DNA of 64,000 nucleotides from Eimeria praecox (lineage: Eukaryota). Positions within the stretch are counted from its first letter, which is position 1. Every line of letters begins with the position of its first letter. A model generated the notes under the pieces. The model was not told where the DNA came from. It did no database searches and saw only the letters and a program-made list of their open reading frames with translations. The DNA is taken from positions 5,270,001 through 5,334,000 of the forward strand of contig OY986948.1 of assembly GCA_963920595.1 (NCBI GenBank), written 5' to 3'. Both the position numbers and the translations under genes were made by a program. Shown one piece after another: positions 37,819-49,612 of this stretch.

Positions 37819-40800
37819 GTGTGTTCAGCAGCAGCAAGTGGGTTTGGTGATGAGCAAGGACTAGGATACATTCCGGGTGGTTTGTGTTTGATGGTTTGTG
37901 TCTGGTGGGGATGTTGGAAGTTGGGTGGATGTTTGCTGGGTGTTGGATGGTTTAGATTTGTGTTGCGTTATGTCAGCTCTAGCACATGGATTGGTTTGTG
38001 GCTAGAGCGATGGATGCTGGTGTGGGAAGTGTTTGAGTGGAGTTGGGTATTGGTGGTGGCGAATAATGCGGTTGTGTATGCGTTGGATGCAGTTTGGGGA
38101 GGCTTGAGGGCGTGTAGGGTGAAGAGTAGAGCGTGATAGTATATGATGAGTGTCAGTGATTTGATTGGGCTGTTGTTTAGATGGGGAATGGGCTGGGGAC
38201 AGTGATTGTTGGAGAAGTTGTTATGTCGTTGTTTGAGGTGTGTGTTCAGGAGCAGCAAGTGGGTTTGGTGATGAACAAGGACTAGGATACATTCCGGGTG
38301 GTTTGTGTTTGATGGTTTGTGTATGGTGGGGATGCTGGAAGTTGGGTGGATGTTTGCTGGGTGTTGGGTGGTTTAGATTTGTGCTGCGTTATGTCAGCTC
38401 TAGCACATGGATTGGTTTGTGGCTGGAGCGATGGATGCTGGTGTGGGAAGTGTTTGAGTGGAGTTGGGTATTGGTGGTGGCGAATAATGCGGTTGTGTAT
38501 GCGTTGGATGCAGTTTGGGGAGGCTTGAGGGCGTGTAGGGTGAAGAGTAGAGCGTGAGAGTATATGATGAGTGTCAGTGATTTGATTGGGCTGTTGTTTA
38601 GATGGGGAATGGGCTGGGGACAGTGTTTGTTGGAGAAGTTGTTATGTCGTTGCTTGAGGTGTGTGTTCAGGAGCAGCAAGTGGGTTTGGTGATGAACAAG
38701 GACTAGGATACATTCCGGGTGGTTTGTGTTTGATGGTTTGTGTATGGTGGGGATGTTGGAATTTGGGTGGATGTTTGCTGGGTGTTGGGTGGTTTAGATT
38801 TGTGCTGCGTTATGTCAGCTCTAGTACATGGATTGGTTTGTGGCTGGAGGGGTGGGTTCTGGTGTGGGAAGTGTTTGAGTGGAGTTGGGTATTGGTGGTG
38901 GCGAATAATGTTGTATTGTATGCGTTGGATGTAGTGTGGGAAGGCTTGAGGGCGTGTAGGGTGAAGAGTAGAGCGTGAGAGTATATGATGAGTGTCAGTG
39001 ATTTGATTGTGCTGTTGTTTGGATGGGGGAGGGGCTGGGGACAGCGAGGGTTGGAGAAGATGCTATGTCGTTGTTTGAGGTGTGTGTTCAGCAGCAGCAA
39101 GTGGGTTTGGTGATGAGCAAGGACTAGGATACATTCCGGGTGGTTTGTGTTTGATGGTTTGTGTCTGGTGGGGATGTTGGAAGTTGGGTGGATGTTTGCT
39201 GGGTGTTGGATGGTTTAGATTTGTGTTGCGTTATGTCAGCTCTAGAACATGGATTGGTTTGTGGCTAGAGCGATGGATGCTGGTGTGGGAAGTGTTTGAG
39301 TGGAGTTGGGTATTGGTGGTGGCGAATAATGTTGTATTGTATGCGTTGGATGTAGTGTGGGAAGGCTTGAGGGCGGCGTGTAGGGTGAAGAGTAGAGCGT
39401 GATAGTATATGAAGAGTGTCAGTGATTTGATTGGGCTGTTGTTTAGATGGGGGAGGGGCTGGGGACAGTGATTGTTGGAGAAGTTGTTATGTCGTTGTTT
39501 GAGGTGTGTGTTCAGGAGCAGCAAGTGGGTTTGGTGATGAACAAGGACTAGGATACATTCCGGGTGGTTTGTGTTTGATGGTTTGTGTCTGGTGGGGATG
39601 TTGGAAGTTGGGTGGATGTTTGCTGGGTGTTGGGTGGTTTAGATTTGTGCTGCGTTATGTCAGCTCTAGCACATGGATTGGTTTGTGGCTGGAGGGGTGG
39701 GTTCTGGTGTGGGAAGTGTTTGAGTGGAGTTGGGTATTGGTGGTGGCGAATAATGTTGTATTGTATGCGTTGGATGTAGTGTGGGGAGGCTTGAGGGCGT
39801 GTAGGGTGAAGAGTAGAGCGTGATAGTATATGATGAGTGTCAGTGATTTGATTGTGCTGTTGTTTGGATGGGGGAGGGGCTGGGGACAGCGAGGGTTGGA
39901 GAAGATGTTATGTCGTTGTTTGAGGTGTGTGTTCAGCAGCAGCAAGTGGGTTTGGTGATGAGCAAGGACTAGGATACATTCCGGGTGGTTTGTGTTTGAT
40001 GGTTTGTGTCTGGTGGGGATGTTGGAAGTTGGGTGGATGTTTGCTGGGTGTTGGATGGTTTAGATTTGTGCTGCGTTATGTCAGCTCTAGCACATGGATT
40101 GGTTTGTGGCTGGAGCGGTGGGTTCTGGTGTGGGAAGTGTTTGAGTGGAGTTGGGTATTGGTGGTGGCGAATAATGCGGTTGTGTATGCGTTGGATGCAG
40201 TTAGGGGAGGCTTGAGGGCGTGTAGGGTGAAGAGTAGAGCGTGATAGTATATGAAGAGTGTCAGTGATTTGATTGGGCTGTTGTTTAGATGGGGAATGGG
40301 CTGGGGACAGTGTTTGTTGGAGAAGTTGTTATGTCGTTGTTTGAGGTGTGTGTTCAGGAGCAGCAAGTGGGTTTGGTGATGAACAAGGACTAGGATACAT
40401 TCCGGGTGGTTTGTGTTTGATGGTTTGTGTATGGTGGGGATGTTGGAATTTGGGTGGATGTTTGCTGGGTGTTGGGTGGTTTAGATTTGTGCTGCGTTAT
40501 GTCAGCTCTAGCACATGGATTGGTTTGTGCCTGGAGCGGTGGGTTCTGGTGTGGGAAGTGTTTGAGTGGAGTTGGGTATTGGTGGTGGCGAATAATGTTG
40601 TATTGTATGCGTTGGATGTAGTGTGGGAAGGCTTGAGGGCGTGTAGGGTGAAGAGTAGAGCGTGAGAGTATATGATGAGTGTCAGTGATTTGATTGTGCT
40701 GTTGTTTGGATGGGGGAGGGGCTGGGGACAGCGAGGGTTGGAGAAGATGTTATGTCGTTGTTTGAGGTGTGTGTTCAGCAGCAGCAAGTGGGTTTGGTGA

Positions 40801-43800
40801 TGAGCAAGGACTAGGATACATTCCGGGTGGTTTGTGTTTGATGGTTTGTGTCTGGTGGGGATGTTGGAAGTTGGGTGGATGATTGCTGGGTGTTGGGTGG
40901 TTTAGATTTGTGTTGCGTTATGTCAGCTCTAGCACATGGATTGGTTTGTGGCTAGAGCGATGGATGCTGGTGTGGGAAGTGTTTGAGTGGAGTTGGGTAT
41001 TGGTGGTGGCGAATAATGTTGTATTGTATGCGTTGGATGTAGTGTGGGAAGGCTTGAGGGCGGCGTGTAGGGTGAAGAGTAGAGCGTGATAGTATATGAA
41101 GAGTGTCAGTGATTTGATTGGGCTGTTGTTTAGATGGGGGAGGGGTTGGGGACAGTGATTGTTGGAGAAGTTGTTATGTCGTTGTTTGAGGTGTGTGTTC
41201 AGGAGCAGCAAGTGGGTTTGGTGATGAACAAGGACTAGGATACATTCCGGGTGGTTTGTGTTTGATGGTTTGTGTCTGGTGGGGATGTTGGAAGTTGGGT
41301 GGATGTTTGCTGGGTGTTGGGTGGTTTAGATTTGTGCTGCGTTATGTCAGCTCTAGCACATGGATTGGTTTGTGGCTGGAGGGGTGGGTTCTGGTGTGGG
41401 AAGTGTTTGAGTGGAGTTGGGTATTGGTGGTGGCGAATAATGTTGTAGTGTATGCGTTGGATGCAGTGTGGGGAGGCGTGAGGGCGTGTAGGGTGAAGAG
41501 TAGAGCGTGATAGTATATGATGAGTGTCAGTGATTTGATTGTGCTGTTGTTTGGATGGGCGAGGGGCTGCGGACAGCGAGGGTTGGAGATGTTGTTATGT
41601 CGTTGTTTGAGGTGTGTGTTCAGGAGCAGCAAGTGGGTTTGGTGATGAGCAAGGACTAGGATACATTCCGGGTGGTTTGTGTTTGATGGTTTGTGTCTGG
41701 TGGGGATGTTGGAAGTTGGGTGGATGTTTGCTGGGTGTTGGATGGTTTAGAATTGTGTTGCGTTATGTCAGCTCTTGCACATGGATTGGTTTGTGGCTGG
41801 AGGGGTGGGTTCTGGTGTGGGAAGTGTTTGAGTGGAGTTGGGTATTGGTGGTGGCGAATAATGTTGTAGTGTATGCGTTGGATGCAGTGTGGGGAGGCTT
41901 GAGGGCGTGTAGGGTGAAGAGTAGAGCGTGATAGTATATGATGAGTGTCAGTGATTTGATTGCGCTGTTGTTTAGATGGGAGAGGAGCTGCGCACAGTGT
42001 TTGTTGGAGAAGTTGTTATGTCGTTGTTTGAGGTGTGTGCTCAGGAGCAGCAAGTGGGTTTGGTGATGAACAAGGACTAGGATACATTCCGGGTGGTTTG
42101 TGTTTGATGGTTTGTGTCTGGTGGGGATGTTGGAAGTTGGGTGGATGTTTGCTGGGTGTTGGGTGGTTTAGATTTGTGTTGCGTTATGTCAGCTCTAGCA
42201 CATGGAGTGGTTTGTGGCTGGAGTGGTGGGTTCTGGTGTGGGAAGTGTTTGAGTGGAGTTGGGTATTGGTGGTGGCGAATAATGTTGTATTGTATGCGTT
42301 GGATGTAGTGTGGGGAGGCTTGAGGGCGTGTAGGGTGAAGAGTAGAGCGTGATAGTATATGATGAGTGTCAGTGATTTGATTGTGCTGTTGTTTGGATGG
42401 GGGAGGGGCTGGGGACAGCGAGGGTTGGAGATGTTGTTATGTCGTTGTTTGAGGTGTGTGTTCAGGAGCAGCAAGTGGGTTTGGTGATGAGCAAGGACTA
42501 GGATACATTCCGGGTGGTTTGTGTTTGATGGTTTGTGTCTGGTGGGGATGTTGGAAGTTGGGTGGATGTTTGCTGGGTGTTGGGTGGTTTAGATTTGTGT
42601 TGCGTTATGTCAGCTCTAGCACATGGATTGGTTTGTGGCTGGAGCGGTGGGTTCTGGTGTGGGAAGGGTTTGAGTGGAGTTGGGTATTGGTGGTGGCGAA
42701 TAATGTTGTAGTGTATGCGTTGGATGTAGTGTGGGGAGGCTTGAGGGCGTGTAGGGTGAAGAGTAGAGCGTGATAGTATATGATGAGTGTCAGTGATTTG
42801 ATTGCGCTGTTGTTTGGATGGGGAATAGGCAGGGGACAGCGAGGGTTGGAGATGTTGTTATGTCGTTGTTTGAGGTGTGTGTTCAGCAGCAGCAAGTGGG
42901 TTTGGTGATGAGGAAGGACTAGGATACATTCCGGGTGGTTTGTGTTTGATGGTTTGTGTCTGGTGGGGATGTTGGAAGTTGGGTGGATGTTTGCTGGGTG
43001 TTGGATGGTTTAGATTTGTGTTGCGTTATGTCAGCTCTAGCACATGGATTGGTTTGTGGCTAGAGCGATGGATGCTGGTGTGGGAAGTGTTTGAGTGGAG
43101 TTGGGTATTGGTGGTGGCGAATAATGCGGTTGTGTATGCGTTGGATGCAGTTTGGGGAGGCTTGAGGGCGTGTAGGGTGAAGAGTAGAGCGTGATAGTAT
43201 ATGAAGAGTGTCAGTGATTTGATTGGGCTGTTGTTTAGATGGGGAATGGGCTGGGGACAGTGATTGTTGGAGAAGTTGTTATGTCGTTGTTTGAGGTGTG
43301 TGTTCAGGAGCAGCAAGTGGGTTTGGTGATGAACAAGGACTAGGATACATTCCGGGTGGTTTGTGTTTGATGGTTTGTGTCTGGTGGGGATGTTGGAAGT
43401 TGGGTGGATGTTTGCTGGGTGTCGGGTGGTTTAGATTTGTGCTGCGTTATGTCAGCTCTAGCACATGGAGTGGTTTGTGGCTGGAGGGGTGGGTTCTGGT
43501 GTGGTAAGTGTTTGAGTGGAGTTGGGTATTGGTGGTGGCGAATAATGTTGTATTGTATGCGTTGGATGCAGTGTGGGGAGGCTTGAGGGCGTGTAGGGTG
43601 AAGAGTAGAGCGTGATAGTATATGATGAGTGTCAGTGATTTGATTGCGCTGTTGTTTAGATGGGAGAGGAGCTGCGCACAGTGTTTGTTGGAGAAGTTGT
43701 TATGTCGTTGTTTGAGGTGTGTGTTCAGGAGCAGCAAGTGGGTTTGGTGATGAGCAAGGACTAGGATACATTCCGGGTGGTTTGTGTTTGATGGTTTGTG

Positions 43801-46800
43801 TCTGGTGGGGATGTTGGAAGTTGGGTGGATGTTTGCTGGGTGTTGGATGGTTTAGATTTGTGTTGCGTTATGTCAGCTCTAGCACATGGATTGGTTTGTG
43901 GCTAGAGCGATGGATGCTGGTGTGGGAAGTGTTTGAGTGGAGTTGGGTATTGGTGGTGGCGAATAATGCGGTTGTGTATGCGTTGGATGCAGTTAGGGGA
44001 GGCTTGAGGGCGTGTAGGGTGAAGAGTAGAGCGTGATAGTATATGATGAGTGTCAGTGATTTGATTGGGCTGTTGTTTAGATGGGGAATGGGCTGGGGAC
44101 AGTGATTGTTGGAGAAGTTGTTATGTCGTTGTTTGAGGTGTGTGTTCAGGAGCAGCAAGTGGGTTTGGTGATGAACAAGGACTAGGATACATTCCGGGTG
44201 GTTTGTGTTTGATGGTTTGTGTATGGTGGGGATGCTGGAAGTTGGGTGGATGTTTGCTGGGTGTTGGGTGGTTTAGATTTGTGCTGCGTTATGTCAGCTC
44301 TAGCACATGGATTGGTTTGTGGCTGGAGCGGTGGGTTCTGGTGTGGGAAGTGTTTGAGTGGAGTTGGGTATTGGTGGTGGCGAATAATGTTGTATTGTAT
44401 GCGTTGGATGTAGTGTGGGAAGGCTTGAGGGCGTGTAGGGTGAAGAGTAGAGCGTGATAGTATATGATGAGTGTCAGTGATTTGATTGTGCTGTTGTTTG
44501 GATGGGGGAGGGGCTGGGGACAGCGAGGGTTGGAGAAGATGTTATGTCGTTGTTTGAGGTGTGTGTTCAGGGGCAGCAAGTGGGTTTGGTGATGAGGAAG
44601 GACTAGGATACATTCCGGGTGGTTTGTGTTTGATGGTTTGTGTCTGGTGGGGATGTTGGAAGTTGGGTGGATGTTTGCTGGGTGTTGGATGGTTTAGATT
44701 TGTGTTGCGTTATGTCAGCTCTAGCACATGGATTGGTTTGTGGCTAGAGCGATGGATGCTGGTGTGGGAAGTGTTTGAGTGGAGTTGGGTATTGGTGGTG
44801 GCGAATAATGCGGTTGTGTATGCGTTGGATGCAGTTTGGGGAGGCTTGAGGGCGTGTAGGGTGAAGAGTAGAGCGTGATAGTATATGATGAGTGTCAGTG
44901 GTTTGATTGCGCTGTTGTTTGGATGGGGAATAGGCAGGGGACCGTGAGGGCTGGAGAAGTTGTTATGCCGTTGTTTGAGGTGTGTGTTCAGCAGCAGCAA
45001 GTGGGTTTGGTGATGAGGAAGGACTAGGATACATTCCGGGTGGTTTGTGTTTGATGGTTTGTGTCTGGTGGGGATGTTGGAAGTTGGGTGGATGTTTGCT
45101 GGGTGTTGGATGGTTTAGATTTGTGTTGCGTTATGTCAGCTCTAGCACATGGATTGGTTTGTGGCTAGAGCGATGGATGCTGGTGTGGGAAGTGTTTGAG
45201 TGGAGTTGGGTATTGGTGGTGGCGAATAATGCGGTTGTGTATGCGTTGGATGCAGTGTGGGGAGGCTTGAGGGCGTGTAGGGTGAAGAGTAGAGCGTGAT
45301 AGTATATGATGAGTGTCAGTGATTTGATTGGGCTGTTGTTTAGATGGGGAATGGGCTGGGGACAGTGATTGTTGGAGAAGTTGTTATGTCGTTGTTTGAG
45401 GTGTGTGTTCAGGAGCAGCAAGTGGGTTTGGTGATGAACAAGGACTAGGATACATTCCGGGTGGTTTGTGTTTGATGGTTTGTGTCTGGTGGGGATGCTG
45501 GAAGTTGGGTGGATGTTTGCTGGGTGTTGGGTGGTTTAGATTTGTGCTGCGTTATGTCAGCTCTAGCACATGGATTGGTTTGTGGCTGGAGCGGTGGGTT
45601 CTGGTGTGGGAAGTGTTTGAGTGGAGTTGGGTATTGGTGGTGGCGAATAATGTTGTATTGTGTGCGTTGGATGTAGTGTGGGGAGGCTTGAGGGCGTGTA
45701 GGGTGAAGAGTAGAGCGTGAGAGTATATGATGAGTGTCAGTGATTTGATTGTGCTGTTGTTTGGATGGGGGAGGGGCTGGGGACAGCGAGGGTTGGAGAA
45801 GATGTTATGTCGTTGTTTGAGGTGTGTGTTCAGCAGCAGCAAGTGGGTTTGGTGATGAACAAGGACTAGGATACATTCCGGGTGGTTTGTGTTTGATGGT
45901 TTGTGTCTGGTGGGGATGTTGGAATTTGGGTGGATGTTTGCTGGGTGTTGGGTGGTTTAGATTTGTGCTGCGTTATGTCAGCTCTAGCACATGGATTGGT
46001 TTGTGGCTGGAGCGGTGGGTTCTGGTGTGGGAAGTGTTTGAGTGGAGTTGGGTATTGGTGGTGGCGAATAATGTTGTATTGTATGCGTTGGATGTAGTGT
46101 GGGAAGGCTTGAGGGCGTGTAGGGTGAAGAGTAGAGCGTGATAGTATATGATGAGTGTCAGTGATTTGATTGTGCTGTTGTTTGGATGGGGGAGGGGCTG
46201 GGGACAGCGAGGGTTGGAGAAGATGTTATGTCGTTGTTTGAGGTGTGTGTTCAGCAGCAGCAAGTGGGTTTGGTGATGAGCAATGACTAGGATACATTCC
46301 GGGTGGTATGTGTTTGATGGTTTGTGTATGGTGGGGATGTTGGAAGTTGGGTGGATGTTTGCTGGGTGTTGGATGGTTTAGATTTGTGTTGCGTTATGTC
46401 AGCTCTAGCACATGGATTGGTTTGTGGCTAGAGCGATGGATGCTGGTGTGGGAAGTGTTTGAGTGGAGTTGGGTATTGGTGGTGGCGAATAATGCGGTTG
46501 TGTATGCGTTGGATGCAGTTAGGGGAGGCTTGAGGGCGTGTAGGGTGAAGAGTAGAGCGTGATAGTATATGATGAGTGTCAGTGATTTGATTGTGCTGTT
46601 GTTTAGATGGGGAATGGGCTGGGGACAGTGATTGTTGGAGAAGTTGTTATGTCGTTGTTTGAGGTGTGTGTTCAGGAGCAGCAAGTGGGTTTGGTGATGA
46701 ACAAGGACTAGGATACATTCCGGGTGGTTTGTGTTTGATGGTTTGTGTCTGGTGGGGATGCTGGAAGTTGGGTGGATGCTTGCTGGGTGTTGGGTGGTTT

Positions 46801-47086
46801 AGATTTGTGCTGCGTTATGTCAGCTCTAGCACATGGATTGGTTTGTGGCTGGAGCGATGGATGCTGGTGTGGGAAGTGTTTGAGTGGAGTTGGGTATTGG
46901 TGGTGGCGAATAATGCGGTTGTGTATGCGTTGGATGCAGTTTGGGGAGGCTTGAGGGCGTGTAGGGTGAAGAGTAGAGCGTGATAGTATATGAAGAGTGT
47001 CAGTGATTTGATTGGGCTGTTGTTTAGATGGGGAATGGGCTGGGGACAGTGTTTGTTGGAGAAGTTGTTATGTCGTTGTTTGAGGT

Positions 47087-49612
47087 GTGTGTTCAGGAGC
47101 AGCAAGTGGGTTTGGTGATGAACAAGGACTAGGATACATTCCGGGTGGTTTGTGTTTGATGGTTTGTGTATGGTGGGGATGCTGGAAGTTGGGTGGATGT
47201 TTGCTGGGTGTTGGGTGGTTTAGATTTGTGCTGCGTTATGTCAGCTCTAGCACATGGATTGGTTTGTGGCTAGAGCGATGGATGCTGGTGTGGGAAGTGT
47301 TTGAGTGGAGTTGGGTATTGGTGGTGGCGAATAATGCGGTTGTGTATGCGTTGGATGCAGTTTGGGGAGGCTTGAGGGCGTGTAGGGTGAAGAGTAGAGC
47401 GTGATAGTATATGATGAGTGTCAGTGGTTTGATTGCGCTGTTGTTTGGATGGGGAATAGGCAGGGGACCGTGAGGGCTGGAGAAGTTGTTATGCCGTTGT
47501 TTGAGGTGTGTGTTCAGCAGCAGCAAGTGGGTTTGGTGATGAGGAAGGACTAGGATACATTCCGGGTGGTTTGTGTTTGATGGTTTGTGTCTGGTGGGGA
47601 TGTTGGAAGTTGGGTGGATGTTTGCTGGGTGTTGGATGGTTTAGATTTGTGTTGCGTTATGTCAGCTCTAGCACATGGATTGGTTTGTGGCTAGAGCGAT
47701 GGATGCTGGTGTGGGAAGTGTTTGAGTGGAGTTGGGTATTGGTGGTGGCGAATAATGCGGTTGTGTATGCGTTGGATGCAGTGTGGGGAGGCTTGAGGGC
47801 GTGTAGGGTGAAGAGTAGAGCGTGATAGTATATGATGAGTGTCAGTGATTTGATTGGGCTGTTGTTTAGATGGGGAATGGGCTGGGGACAGTGATTGTTG
47901 GAGAAGTTGTTATGTCGTTGTTTGAGGTGTGTGTTCAGGAGCAGCAAGTGGGTTTGGTGATGAACAAGGACTAGGATACATTCCGGGTGGTTTGTGTTTG
48001 ATGGTTTGTGTATGGTGGGGATGCTGGAAGTTGGGTGGATGTTTGCTGGGTGTTGGGTGGTTTAGATTTGTGCTGCGTTATGTCAGCTCTAGCACATGGA
48101 TTGGTTTGTGGCTGGAGCGGTGGGTTCTGGTGTGGGAAGTGTTTGAGTGGAGTTGGGTATTGGTGGTGGCGAATAATGTTGTATTGTGTGCGTTGGATGT
48201 AGTGTGGGGAGGCTTGAGGGCGTGTAGGGTGAAGAGTAGAGCGTGAGAGTATATGATGAGTGTCAGTGATTTGATTGTGCTGTTGTTTGGATGGGGGAGG
48301 GGCTGGGGACAGCGAGGGTTGGAGAAGATGTTATGTCGTTGTTTGAGGTGTGTGTTCAGCAGCAGCAAGTGGGTTTGGTGATGAGCAAGGACTAGGATAC
48401 ATTCCGGGTGGTTTGTGTTTGATGGTTTGTGTCTGGTGGGGATGTTGGAAGTTGGGTGGATGTTTGCTGGGTGTTGGATGGTTTAGATTTGTGTTGCGTT
48501 ATGTCAGCTCTAGCACATGGATTGGTTTGTGGCTAGAGCGATGGATGCTGGTGTGGGAAGTGTTTGAGTGGAGTTGGGTATTGGTGGTGGCGAATAATGC
48601 GGTTGTGTATGCGTTGGATGCAGTTTGGGGAGGCTTGAGGGCGTGTAGGGTGAAGAGTAGAGCGTGATAGTATATGATGAGTGTCAGTGGTTTGATTGCG
48701 CTGTTGTTTGGATGGGGAATAGGCAGGGGACCGTGAGGGCTGGAGAAGTTGTTATGCCGTTGTTTGAGGTGTGTGTTCAGCAGCAGCAAGTGGGTTTGGT
48801 GATGAGGAAGGACTAGGATACATTCCGGGTGGTTTGTGTTTGATGGTTTGTGTCTGGTGGGGATGTTGGAAGTTGGGTGGATGTTTGCTGGGTGTTGGAT
48901 GGTTTAGATTTGTGTTGCGTTATGTCAGCTCTAGCACATGGATTGGTTTGTGGCTAGAGCGATGGATGCTGGTGTGGGAAGTGTTTGAGTGGAGTTGGGT
49001 ATTGGTGGTGGCGAATAATGCGGTTGTGTATGCGTTGGATGCAGTGTGGGGAGGCTTGAGGGCGTGTAGGGTGAAGAGTAGAGCGTGATAGTATATGATG
49101 AGTGTCAGTGATTTGATTGGGCTGTTGTTTAGATGGGGAATGGGCTGGGGACAGTGATTGTTGGAGAAGTTGTTATGTCGTTGTTTGAGGTGTGTGTTCA
49201 GGAGCAGCAAGTGGGTTTGGTGATGAACAAGGACTAGGATACATTCCGGGTGGTTTGTGTTTGATGGTTTGTGTATGGTGGGGATGCTGGAAGTTGGGTG
49301 GATGTTTGCTGGGTGTTGGGTGGTTTAGATTTGTGCTGCGTTATGTCAGCTCTAGCACATGGATTGGTTTGTGGCTGGAGCGGTGGGTTCTGGTGTGGGA
49401 AGTGTTTGAGTGGAGTTGGGTATTGGTGGTGGCGAATAATGTTGTATTGTGTGCGTTGGATGTAGTGTGGGGAGGCTTGAGGGCGTGTAGGGTGAAGAGT
49501 AGAGCGTGAGAGTATATGATGAGTGTCAGTGATTTGATTGTGCTGTTGTTTGGATGGGGGAGGGGCTGGGGACAGCGAGGGTTGGAGAAGATGTTATGTC
49601 GTTGTTTGAGGT
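47087..49612. repeat. 3-monomer HOR (1263 bp), 2 copies
   Basis: CAGGGGACCG at 47461 and 48724. GTATTGTGTGCG at ~48181 and ~49444. Confidence 0.82.
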
